From Selaginella moellendorffii (Eukaryota; Plantae; Lycopodiophyta), in NCBI RefSeq assembly GCF_000143415.4, contig NW_003314262.1:1601960-1665959 (forward strand): DNA of 64,000 bases. The letters are read 5' to 3'. Under the pieces are notes generated by a model. The model saw only the letters and a program-made list of their open reading frames with translations. It made no database searches and had not been told where the DNA came from. The first letter of the stretch is position 1, and each line of letters starts with the position of its first letter. Below are positions 38,600-51,039 of the stretch, piece after piece. The position numbers were made by a program, and so were the translations under genes.

Positions 38600-40560
38600 T
38601 TTTTATTATGATATATAATTTATTATGATCTGTTCAGTATGCACTACTCCTGCTTTTGTATATACTATATCTTTTATCCATATAAGATCTATTAGTTTTT
38701 TATTATTTGTATGTATCCTTCTTTCTCTATTATTGTTTGAAGTGGTTTTGCTTCTTCTTTTTGATAATCAATATTGAAATCTCCTATAATTATTACTGGT
38801 TTTTTATTATCTATTTTCTGTATATATTGTTGTAGTTGTTTTATGAATATTTGTATATTTTTCCAGGTTTTCTATGTTAATTTATTATCTGTAATTTTTT
38901 TTCTAGTGATATATACGACATTGCCATTGTTTCTGTTTTTAAATGTTCTATTTTTTCTGATTTATAACCATTTGTATGCAATATTGTTTATGTATATATG
39001 ATTTATATTTATTAAAATATAAATCCTCATGTTTTTGTGTTCTTACTTCTTGCATACATATTATACCTGATGTTAATAATTGTGAATCACTCTTTATATC
39101 TTCTTGATGTGCAGTAATAAGCAATAAGCAATAATAGATGTTGTGTTTAGAACTTGTATAATTGGTAAATTTATCAAATCAATTTGCCATGGTGCTTCTG
39201 TTGTCATTCTGATTATTTCTTTAGCTGCATCTTTATTGATTATAATATGTTTATATTCAATTGGTCTGTATAAATGTATACCTTTTAGTGTTTATGCTCT
39301 TGATAATGTTGTATATACTTGTCCTGGATATTTTGTTTTATATGAGTCATATCCTAATTGCATAACTGTTGGTCTTTGTGCTCTATGTATTGTTCTTCCT
39401 GTGCATGGCTGTACTCGGAAATAGGTTTTACTTATAACATAATTTTAATTTTCAGTAATATTTGTAATCCTTGTTTTTTTCATTGGTGTCCAGTTTTGTT
39501 TTTCATTATTTTGCTTTATTATTATGTTTTCTTTAGCTCTTGTTTTTTTTACCTATTTTTATATTTGGGAATTCTATCCATATTATTTGTTCTTCTTCAA
39601 TCTGAGTTACATCTTGTAATACTCCATCTGCTCTATTTACTAATCTATCTTCTATTGCTATAGATTATTGTTGATAGTTGCTATAGATTATTTTATATAG
39701 TTCTTGTGTTTTTCTTATGTCATTTGGTAATAAGACAAGAATTTCCATGTTTGTCTTGTACTTCTATAATTATATTTTTATCTTGTATGTGTTGTATTAT
39801 TTTTTTCATTATGTTCTCTTACTTATTTGTTAGCTGCAAATATAGATTAATATTCTGTGTTATATGTATTTTTGTGGTGGCTTACATTGTTGGTGGTAGT
39901 GGTGTCAAGGCTGCGTTGTTAGTGTAATTGGAAAATCTGGCCATGATTCCGAGAGCAGGCCACAACTCTAAGATTGTGTGAGTAATTGGCAATTGTGGAG
40001 ATTATGCATTACATTTTCCAAAACTTGGCATCTACTATATATTGGATAGTTCACACTCATTCCAACTTGATGAAAATTTTGTCATTTCTTTTGTTGAAAG
40101 AAGATTTTGTGCTTTGCACTGTGATTCCACAAGTTTGTCTTAGAATGACTGTTTGCTTGCTGTGATCAATGTTTTCCATCATTCCTTGTGAAGGTACTAA
40201 AGATTTTATTGTTGAAAGCTTTCTCTTATATTTATCTAATGTGTCATTTGTTAATATTATTTGACATTGTTTTGATGCTTTTAATCGAAATGCAAAAATT
40301 GAATGTTTTGTTGAACCATTTATATTATAAGTTGCTTTTCCTCTAGGTGCTGCTATTAATACTGTTTGTCCTAGTTGATTATTGATATCTTGGTTTTTTT
40401 TATAATATCATTTGAGTGTTTCTATAAATGTATTTAAAAGCATTGATTTTTCAGTTCCTGCTCCTCCTGTTAAAAAATAAGCACAACTGTTTGTTAAGTT
40501 ATTTATTTATTTTAATATGAAGTCATCATGTATGATTCTTTTCTTTTTATTTATATTTCT
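38600..40560 (-). mobile_element. Helentron (Helitron-like) remnant: PIF1 helicase followed by AP-type endonuclease
   Basis: Helicase: FLTGGAGTEKS, LIAAPRGKATYNINGSTKHS, TIHRAQ, GQVYTTLSRA*TLKG. Endonuclease: HQEDIKSD..IICMQE, PVIIIGDFNID, LIDLIW, Y*TDH. Interrupted by unrelated-looking sequence at ~39880-40195. Confidence 0.8.
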
Positions 40561-41980
40561 TATTAATTAGTGATATTTACTATTTTCCATAAGATAATCA
40601 TCTTGTATTGTAATATTTTGTATTTATTAATATTTTATATTTTACACTATTTATATTATAATGTTTATATTTATATATTTTATATTTTAAACACCACACT
40701 TGTCTCCAACTTACTGCAAATGCCCTTTATGACTGTATTGCGGAATGAGCAGGGGCCATGAGAAGGGATGGAAAAGAATCAAGGAACTCCCCTTCAATTT
40801 TGGAAATTCATCATCCTGTTGCTTGTCACCAAAATGTTCTTGTGCCCCCAAACCAAAACCTCTCACACTGTTAAAGAAGTCCAGGATGAGGCTTGTTTCA
40901 AATGCCCACAAACATCCATAGTCCCAAGGGAGTCCCTTCTCACTCACCAGCTTATGTGCGAGTTCTGGCAAGTTACTGAAGAGGTGCACCTGTCATGAAG
41001 ACGCTAAGAAACTGAAGTTGGAAGATGTATTGTTTGCTTCACCTCCAGGTCTTCCTTTTTGTGTTATAGCTTGGCCTATGGAGGCTTTACTTTGGTCGTG
41101 GCCATTGCAGAAAAACTACTGGGTTAGCATATCATTTTTTAGACTCGTGAAAAACATACATTGTATGTGTTATTTTAAATCTCATCTCTCAATCCATCCC
41201 TTCTACACAGCTCCAAACATGGTAAATCTTGTCTCGAAGGTTTCTTCGCATTTAATCGTGGATATGTTTCACAGGCTCGCTCTATTATCAAGCAAAAAAC
41301 TAGAAGAGGGAAGTAGAAGAGTCATCTCTAGAAAAGCTCGCGTCGAGGCAAATGCGATAGAACCGAGCAAATTTGCCCCTATGTGGCATGAGTNNNNNNN
41401 NNNNNNNNNNNNNNNNNNNNNNNNNNNNNNNNNNNNNNNNNNNNNNNNNNNNNNNNNNNNNNNNNNNNNNNNNNNNNNNNNNNNNNNNNNNNNNNNNNNN
41501 NNNNNNNNNNNNNNNNNNNNNNNNNNNNNNNNNNNNNNNNNNNNNNNNNNNNNNNNNNNNNNNNNNNNNNNNNNNNNNNNNNNNNNNNNNNNNNNNNNNN
41601 NNNNNNNNNNNNNNNNNNNNNNNNNNNNNNNNNNNNNNNNNNNNNNNNNNNNNNNNNNNNNNNNNNNNNNNNNNNNNNNNNACGCAACGCTGGGAGTAGT
41701 GCTAGAGTGATACAATTTGTTGCTAAGACGGCCTGCAATTTGTAGTGAGGATCCACCTGTGACGATTACTTTAGTATCTACCAAAAGCATTGAAAGCAAC
41801 ACAAAGGTAAAACAAAGGGCCGAGTAGTCTAGGCAAAAACTCATCTTTAATCTTTTTCCAGGGACAAAGAAATCTATTTGCGTCTTAAATTATGTAGATA
41901 ATTTTTTTTGTATACAAAACCTAAACAAAATCAAATTAAAATCTGGACCATAGGAAAAGCATATAACATTCTTGGAAGGA

Positions 41981-43050
41981 ATGGATAGCAACCGGCTTTC
42001 AATGGTATGGAGGACTCCACAGCCGTCAAGCTGCTATCCTCGAATTCGAAACGCACATTGTGCTCGGTTCTTGTCAATTCGAGCTCAATCTTCTGGCAGT
42101 GACGAAAGGCCCATCTGGCTACCTGGCTTATCTCCACCCCAACATCTTGATGGCTCGTAAGTCCAACCATTTCTTATCTTTGCTTTCTCGGCCGTGTGAC
42201 TCCTTTGTGGCAAATTTGCTATCGATCGACCATCCAGTCTCGCAGGCGACTTTGGATTTGATCCCCTCGAGCTCGGTAAAGACCCCGAAACCCTTCGATG
42301 GTACGTGCAAGCGGAACTCGTCCATTCTCGTTTTGCTATGGCTGGCATTGCTGGAATCCTCGTCACAGATGTAAGTCACTCTCTTCTATCAACTATAGAA
42401 ACGATACCTTGGCTCTTTTGAAGCTTTTAAGGACTGTGGGAGGCAGAGACCTGCCTGTCTGGTACGAGGCCGGTGCCACAGAATTCGAGTTCGCAGACAC
42501 GCGGACTTTGTTTGTAGTCCAGCTGATTCTAATGGGGTGGGAGAAATCTTATGAGCCCTTTGACAGAGATGTAAAACTTCCACTTGTGTTACCTTGCAGG
42601 TATGCTGAAACGAGGAGATACTACGATTATATCAGTCCTGGTTCGCAAGCGGCTCAAGATACGTTTTTGGGGTTTGAGGATGCTCTTGCTGGACTACAAA
42701 GCGGGTATATTCCTGGCCAAAAGAAAACAAATATTGGATATGACTGAGGAAAGAAAAATGGATTTTTTTACCATATGCAGCTATCCCGGAGGTCCGTTTT
42801 TCGATCCCGCTGGCCTAGGAAGGGACATAAACAACGCACGAACGTTGAAAGAGAAGGAACTCAAAAACGGTAGTAAGGTTTGCTGTTCATACCGATCCTG
42901 ATGTGAGTTGCAGGAAGGCTGGCCATGGTAGCAATACTTGGTGTTTTTGTTCAAGCTTTCTTCACGAAAACAGGCCCCATAGACAACTTGCTGACGCACG
43001 TTTCTGATCCTTGGCATAACACGATTGTCCAAACCCTGTCGCACGGCTAG
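41981..43050 (+). CDS. LHCA5: Photosystem I light-harvesting chlorophyll a/b protein Lhca5 (6 exons)
   Basis: Transit peptide, then [80 protein letters not shown] and ELKNGRLAM. The [13 protein letters not shown] block fits Lhca5. Confidence 0.9.
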
Positions 43051-45491
43051 TTCTTTGCGAAGTATGATTCGATGGAGTTTCTATTCTTTGCGGACTTCTT
43101 CGTACCACGATCGCTGCTTTGAGTTATTGGTCTGAGAATGTGGACCACATCAGTTTGCAATCAAAATAAAAGTTATCGACATACCTCTTGCCAATGCTTC
43201 TTTTCGAAACCTCAAGCTGGTTAACAGAGTCCTGTTGTTGGATCTTTAAAGCAAAGTGAAAGTCCTCGTGCTCTTGTCTGAGGGTTGGATACTCGGAAGA
43301 TATTCTCTCGCCACACAAGGAACATCGATCATCTTGCGTCCACTGGTCTGCCGTATGTTTACAACTTGTATCGCGGTCAGTGTCTGATAAATATGGTGTC
43401 TGTTCATCGTAATCGTGTTCCAAGTCGTCATCCTTGACAGCGGCATCAGAGATGTCTTTCAGAAAGCTTGCAATACTCTTCTGGGAAGGATCGTCTTCTT
43501 TGAACTGGGAAACTCTCACTCCTGCGGTGTTTGAGTTAGCAATGGAGGAAGGTAAGATAAAGTACTTACCCAGCAAGCGCAATGAAATAGGAAGTTCCGC
43601 TTTAAGTAGTTTTATAGCAAGTGATTCGATTTCTTTCTTAGAACTAATAAAATGCTGAACTGATACGGCCCGACTACGTACCTGCCAGAGAAAACATTGG
43701 CTATTATACAAAACTCTATGACTAGAACGCACCTCAAATGTGCTCGTCTTAAGTTTTAGCGTTAATGTCCGGCCTTGCAAATTTTCCTTGATCATGTCCT
43801 CGGACAAACTTTCAGCGAGGTCACCTGATATGCGAAAGGAGTCACAAATTTTACACTCAACTGTGCAAAACGAACCTAAGATTTTGCCAAGAATGTTCGC
43901 GTCACTTGTCGGTGAAAACGTTCTTTCATTGCTTATGCTTTTTCTTTGCTCTTCGTGAGGAGCCTCGGAGGCACCAATACCCAGGCCAACTGATAAGAAA
44001 AAATCTGCAAAAACCTGAAATAATGTCACCATCGTCGAATGAGACATACGATACCTGTGGAAATTGTTGAAAACAAAGCCGAAATCAAATATCTATTTTC
44101 TATCAAATCAGAGCACATATTGATAGAAAGAACGTCTTTCAACAGTCTCTCCGTAACCTTTCCAATACCAGAAACCTTGAAAACAAAAATATCAGGTTTT
44201 AAAACAAAATATTGGAATCAGGAGCTCAAAACCTTCCGAATAGGCAGCTTCGACACAAATTCCATAATCTTTTCGCGATCACTTTCAAGCACAAATTGGC
44301 CATTTGGTTTATTAATGTCAGAACACACCTACAAAAAAGCAAAAAGCAAAGATGGTCAGAAGCTTTAGGAACGAAAGCACCTTCGCTAGGAGACGGTTGG
44401 CTGCAACACCAGCACTGCAAGTAAGCTTAGTTTTCTCAAAAACGTCTTTCCGAAGCCGTTCAGCTACCTGTAAACCGCATGAAAAAATCACATAATACTG
44501 CGTCCAGCCTACCTCTGCCGGAGCAATGCTTTCCGTTCTACAAAACTCCGTAATATCAAGATACGCTTCGTCCAGGCTCCTTGCAATAAAATTTTTGTCA
44601 TATAAGCGAAAGACTGGAACAGAAAGGTTTACTAAGACTCCAAAAGAAAAACGGAATATGGTAGTACCTTGACGTGTGAGTTCACTGTAATGCGTGTATT
44701 TTTCAAAGTTTGGCTTTATCAATACCAAGTCCGGACACAGCTTGCAGGCTATGAAACCAGGCATTGCAGCACGCACTCCAAACTTCCGAGCCTGCGGTGG
44801 AGAAGTGAACACTGAAATTCTTCGTGCACAAAAGGCATACCTCATAGTTTGCAGTGCAAATCATCGACATGCCTCCAACAGCCATAGGCTTGCAAGACAA
44901 GGAAACATCCTCCACTGTCTCGACGGCGGCGTAAAACGCATCCATATCGACATGCATCCAAGTTTTGTCGAGATTTCGGCTCGCCTCTAGCTCGAGAATT
45001 CGTCTATCAACCGCCTATACATCTCTTGTTTTTTTTATGTTAGAGCTGGAAGAGAAAGGAAAAGAAAAAAAAATGAAAACAGAGAAATCTCACCGCTTTC
45101 GTCTCTGCGAGCTTAGTCGTGCTGATTTTTGCAGCCTGTTCTCTGAATTTCTCGATCCTCTGCTGGAGAATTGCTTCTTTGCGCTGCTCGTTCTCGAAAT
45201 ACCGGGATCCTTTGCTCATCTCGTAAACAACCTTCTGGACTTTTTCCTTGTCCACTCCACTCATTCCTGACTCACGCACACACACAAACATAGGAAGAAT
45301 GTGGGAAATAACCACAAATCCAGACCTGCTTTGGCATTCAAGAACACCGTGTCGTAACAATGCCAGGGCTTATCTCCCCCCGCCGCCACTTCCGACGAGC
45401 CCCCCGCTCGATCCTGAGCTTGAGGCGCCATTCTTCCATCGCTCGAATCGCCGTGGGAAGGGCTCACCGCTGATACCTCCTCGCCCGCCAT
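43047..45491 (-). CDS. POLK: DNA polymerase kappa (Y-family, DinB), multi-exon
   Basis: [75 protein letters not shown] finger CSLCG..EHEDFH, and C-terminal PIP-like SIESYF in the last exon (43131-43047). Confidence 0.95.
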
Positions 45492-45649
45492 CGGCTTTGA
45501 AAATAAACCTAATGTACGGCCAAGGGTTTAGTATCTTACCGTACACAAAATCCATTGAATATTCTGTCTTTTACCGGAGATAGAATATACCGGTTGGACT
45601 CATTCTCAAGTTAGGAGCTCCACAACGTTGTGCACGATGGAGCCAGCGG

Positions 45650-46650
45650 AGATCACTCGCGGCAATCACCACGAGGACGTTTTCAGAGCCAACTTCCCGC
45701 TTGCTCGAGACCATCGTCAAAGTGGAAGAAGGCGTCCCATTTCCAGTCCTGGACAAGTTCTCGGGCCCGACGCTGGATCCGGCTGTGACGCAAGAGACCA
45801 GGAGATCCTGGAGCAAGAGGGATGTCCAAGTTTCGCGCAGGTACTGGACTCCAGACAGTGAGAAGCAGGCTTTTGCACATCAGCTCGCGCTGGTCGAGGC
45901 AATCAAGCAGTTCACACTGCCATCCCCTCGAGAGATCGAGCGGCTGAATGGCTGCCTCTCCTCCGGGGTAACAACCGGCAGTGGGAGTACCAACACGGAC
46001 GTGGAGGAGTATCTCATTCAGCGATTCATCGTCTCGTCATTGAGCTTGATCCTTGTTCTCAGATTCCGATGGCAGCGTTCGCTCGTCACCAAGAGTTGAA
46101 GGGTCGGGTCACAAGAGTTCCACCAACTGGCACCAAGTTCTATAGGAAGATCTTCCAAGACAGCTTGTTATCTAGATGGGCGGACGTTGGTTGGGACCTT
46201 CTACATGAGGAGTGTCAATCGCAAAAGCCCGTCAAAGAGCCGGCGAGCTCGAACGTGACTAAACCCATAGCTCCCAGTCGTTGGAAGCTGGAACGACATC
46301 CTTGGGGACTCAGTATGGAGGATGACTTGTGAATTCTGGGTCGATCTTGCCATTCACCACTTGCACAATCCCTCCGGCACAAGTTGAGCATACTGAGAGG
46401 TCTCAACCACGACATAGAGACGACCTCCAAGCGTTCTGGAGAATCACCATCGCATACTCACTGCCATGGTAGCCTCCTCGGCACATGACACTGTCCATGG
46501 AATCGTCCTCTGCAAACTTCCGCTTTAGCATGTGTCCAGTCGCGTCTTGAAGCTGGAACAAGTCGCCTGGGAACTCACGCGACAAATCCTTGATCAGCTT
46601 CGATGGAAAAGGCCATGGATGTAGAGGTGCCAAAAGCTCAATAGCCGCGG
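45650..46650. pseudogene. Rearranged copy of the unknown-family ORF at 11.44-12.57 kb
   Basis: Blocks match 11440-12570 in both orientations. Confidence 0.55.
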
Positions 46651-48539
46651 ATGTGCCTCCCCGGCTGCTTAGCCATTGTATAAAAAGTTTAAAAGCCTTT
46701 TGGATTTTAAAATGGTTTTAAATGTAGCAAAAGACAATAATAAAATTAACAAATCAAAATTGAAGGATTTTTTTTTTTTTTTTGAGATTTAAGTCTTAAA
46801 AGTGTGAGCACATCTATGTAATTCATATAAATTAAAGGGATATGTATTTATTTTAAATTTTAGATATTATCTTTTGAAATTCTTTAAATTATGTAAATTT
46901 AAATTTTTAGAACCCATATTCATTACCAGTCTTCAAACTAAAAATGTTTTATGTTATTTCATAGTTACTGTAATTTAATAAAAATAAAAAATAGCATATA
47001 TTTAAGATTTAATTGTTATATAAAACTTTTAAATTGTCAAAACAGTATTATATAAAAAGTGTACATTAGTTACTTTTTTACTTCAATTTAAACAATATTA
47101 AATATTAATTTCTAAAATATAATATATAAAACTATTTATAAAATATTCAATTTTATTTTCATCCACAAAATTACTGGATAATAATAACAGAATAATTTAA
47201 AAGTTTTATTATCCATTGTACCACTATAGATTTTTTTGGTTGGTTATAAATTCTTTATTTATTAGTAAAGTCTCAATTTTTATTATAATTTTTTTTTTCA
47301 TTCTCAATCTTCATTACAATTAAATAATTCTTCATGAAACATGTTTTTTAAATAAAAATACTTTTTATTAATGTTCCACAAAGAATCTCTTATTCTAAGT
47401 GTTATTATTAGCAAAAATAAAATAAAATATTATTTTTAATTATAACTTTCAAGGTTCCATTCATTCCAATTGTTAGATTATCAAGAAGAGGAGACCAGGA
47501 ATTTTATCAACCAAAGAGTATCTCCTTGGGCAACTGCTGTTTTGGGCGACTGCTGTTTTGGCTGAAAAACAGACCAAAAAATCTTTTTCATTCTGCACCG
47601 TTTGCTTGTTGCCCGAGTCACCCGAGCTGCTTCCGAACATTTTTCTGTCATGGCAAAAGATCCTATTTATTGGGTTGGGGACCGGCCATCCCAGTGCGCA
47701 TGCCATCACCAGTCTTCCCTTCTTTCGTCGACGAGCTCCTGACAAGAGCACCCTCCTCGACATCTAGGGATTCAAGAGCTTCTTGCCTACATTGGCTCCT
47801 GTTACACAAACAAACAATCAGTCCCAGAAGCATACCAAGAATATGCAAGCATTGGTAGCAAAAGGGTGAGGACTACTTGGGTGAGAGCAAGAGAAACAGA
47901 GTGAGAACCAAAGCTCATTCCTTTGCTCCAGGCCACCAGAATTGAAGAGAGAATACGTTTTTTTAGCTCAGATCAACTTTCAGCGATCTCTGGGCTGATT
48001 TCGCATAGAGAACTGCGATCAAGTCGCCATGCCGCCGCTAGATTTGCAAGATGCTCCGTGAAAGGGAATCTAGAGCGATACCAGGAACTGTTTCTAGAGA
48101 TGCCACGGCGCAGCATTGCATTCTAAACGTAAAATGTATGCAATGCATGGCAAAATCAATACATCAAAAGAGGTTCTTGAAAGGATCCAAAGATTCAAAC
48201 AAGATACCGGATATGGGCATATGCAAAACGCACTGCATTCCATGGGAGGCTATCTCCACGTCTTCCTCGCGTTTGGGAGGCCAATGTGATGATCCTCAGG
48301 ACGCTGCGCGCGGCTGCCATGGATAATATAGAGATGCTATGATCCCACGCTTAACCACCATCTCCAATTCTCCTGGAGCCGGGACAGCTAGGCTTTTTTG
48401 AAGGCGCCTTTGTCGATCCTGAGGTGGAAAGCTTTGATTTATCAAGGAAGAGATTGCCGAGCTGCGCACCAGCAGAATGGTTATGAACTCTTAGATCTTT
48501 AGCGTTTACCACAAATAGCGATGACCGCGATGTGAAAAA

Positions 48540-49680
48540 TCACCTGGATGAATCTTTTTCTTTCGAAGGTCGAAACGCAGTCCCTGGAACATGGAGAATT
48601 TTGCTTGGAGCTGGAGATGATTTGATTGTTTTCGCTTGCTTGTTGCTTGCTAAAGACGGGAAGAAGAGAATGGAATGTTGTTTACAAGAGAATCATGAAG
48701 ACTAACGGTTCTTGAAACGTCTGGTGCGCGAATTGCTCCAATGCGCGCGCCAAAGTTTCAATATAGCTTCATTCGTTCCAAGGGGAAAGAGAGATTCCTG
48801 CCGCGAGCGGTTGTCTAGCCAAGAGGAGAAGAGGAATCTAGGGAGTTCTATTCCAACATGAAACAATCGGAAGCGATTATCAGTAGCCAAAACGAAAAGA
48901 GGAATCTTGAGAGTTCTATTTGGAGAGAATTCCTGAAGCAAAGAGGCAGCAAAATACCTCCATGAGAGTCTCTCATGGAGGTTTCTTGCTGCCGCCTTGC
49001 TTCAGAAATTCCCCATATGCACATCCTCCGGCTGCTCGCATGCAAGCTCTAGTTGTTTTTTGTTCGTACCTTTTGTAGAGCTCTGCGCCGTCACCAGCTG
49101 GACCAGAGTTTGGGAAGAGGAGATCTGTTTGTGCAGGGAAGATCTCCTCTTCCCAAAGAAACGCATCACATGTTGGTGATGACAGTGGTGGCAATGGCGG
49201 TGGTATTCAAAAACCTGAACATCTGTCCTGCCGCCCGCACGACAGACACACCAAAGATGTTCACACCACCGCCATTGCCAGGGCGAGCAAGATTCAGTCC
49301 CAACTTAAAGCAATGGAAAGCAAGACCAGGGAAAAAAAGGAAAGCAGAGAGCACTAGGGAGAAAGCGAAACCAGCGAGAGCACTAGGATGGAAACAAACT
49401 GAGAGCGCTAGGGAAACCAGTGGAAGAGCATGGGGCTGGGGCCAGTGATGAAGAAGAATTTTGCGCTTTCTAGATCCTTCCATGGCTCCAGCGCGTCATA
49501 TTCCTTTCGAGTCTGTGTGAGATGTGTGTGGGAGTTGACGAGAATAGGAGTCTGCTGCGTGTCAAGGGAGGGAGCTAATGGAAAATGGAGTGACAAGAAA
49601 CCAGGCCGGCATTCAAGGAGTTTTTGAATTGGTGATCGTTGCAAGATATCCTTCAAATGGACGGGAGTTTCATTAAGAAT
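48540..49680. repeat. Diverged direct duplicate of ~54260-55280 (3' flank of the DCD gene)
   Basis: Shared blocks such as GGATGAATCTTTTTCTTTCGAA, GGAAGAGGAGATCT, GATCCTTCCATGGCTCC and TGTGAGATGTGTGTGGGAG, with internal rearrangements. Confidence 0.75.
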
Positions 49681-49686
49681 TTCAAT

Positions 49687-50730
49687 TTACATAATTTGCA
49701 TTCTCCTCCAATTCCCAGTGAGGGGCTGGAGTTTATCAGACATGCCAAGGAGGCCCCCAGTGTGAATAAACAGCACCTTCTTCCTTGTCCAATACTGGGC
49801 ATCACACGCCATGTCTTGACCTGTCATGCAATGCTTTCCCACTGAGAAACAAGACAAGAGATTTTAGTTGGAGAACACTCGAAAGACTTCTCTCCTCACC
49901 TATAAACTGGATCCGATCAAGTTTTGTTAGCTCTTTCAATCTTCCCATCAATAAGCAACAAACTTACATCAACCAGCCTGGCAATGTCTCGAGGGTTCAC
50001 TTGCGAGTCCCTGGATGTAATCGTAGAAATAGTCCGGGCTGTCACAGACTGTGTAACCATGAACCAGTCCTGATGTTGTTCCACCGCTACGAAAAGAGAA
50101 TCCATAAACAACTACATAAAAAGAGGAAAAGTATGAACTAACCTTCCGCATGCCATGACAATCTCGTCTAAACGGGGACACGTCCCAGCCTCTACTTGCT
50201 GCTCAATCTCCCGTGCAGCGAAAATATAGCCCCTAGCAAGCAAGCTTAGAAACAACGAAGAACAAAACTTAATGAAGGATAAGAGGTACTAACCAGGCAC
50301 GCCACCAACAGGGATGAGATAAGGCTTTCTTTCTTGGGCTCTTAGTTTTTCTACGAGCATGTCTCCAACGCTATCGAACTCTGAAAAACGAACAACCGTG
50401 CTTCGTGTAGTCTTCTTTTGACCAAAGTAAAGAAGAAAAGCTGAAGAAAAAAAAAGAAGAAGAATCTTGCAGGATGAGATAGCAGTCGAGCAGATAGTAG
50501 CAACAGCAGTGGCTCTACAATGGTTGCTTGGGATTCCACCGATGGTTATCACGCAATCGGCACCTTGTACCTTTGCTTCCGCCAGGAGAAATTCCAGCTT
50601 GTTCCCGCTTAGCTGCATTCCAGTGAGCTCATCGAAATGAAAAGATTTTAGAGGATCGAATGAAAAAATTTTAGAGACAAGAAAACACAACTTTGATCCA
50701 GACTCGGGTGCCAACTCGGCAAATCCCAGC
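49687..50730 (-). pseudogene. DCD: D-cysteine desulfhydrase pseudogene (intron-containing duplicate)
   Basis: Colinear with 55288-56760 but carries multiple deletions and frameshifts and lacks exon 1. Confidence 0.9.
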
Positions 50731-51039
50731 AATCTCGTTGTGAAATACTAATAAAACTTCTATGATATAATCATATCCAGACGTTTCACAATGGGGCAAA
50801 TCTGTGGGCTACTAAGAGAAGGAGATTTTCCGATGTGATTGAGAAGGACCAAGAGCCTCCTTCGCGAAGCAGCAGTACCTGGAAGCGCTCCTTAGCTTCC
50901 CTGACTCTGAATAGTAGGATTTGCGTTGAGTCATTACAATGTGCCTTAATTTAATAACACTAATTTAATGCTGGTGGCTCAAATAATGCTTCAGGTGTCT
51001 ATTAGTTCCCGATCGTAATTTATTGGTAAACTACGGCCA

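Noticed and set aside
38774-39927. Hydrophobic + strand ORFs resembling membrane proteins or organellar DNA
   Set aside because: They are the T-rich antisense of the A-rich Helentron coding strand.
40711-41390. Coding-like fragments next to the gap
   Set aside because: No recognisable domain or consistent exon chain could be built.
47920-48500. PPR gene (GNLERYQELFLEMPRRSIAF-like fragment)
   Set aside because: A single degenerate repeat with stops; too weak to annotate.
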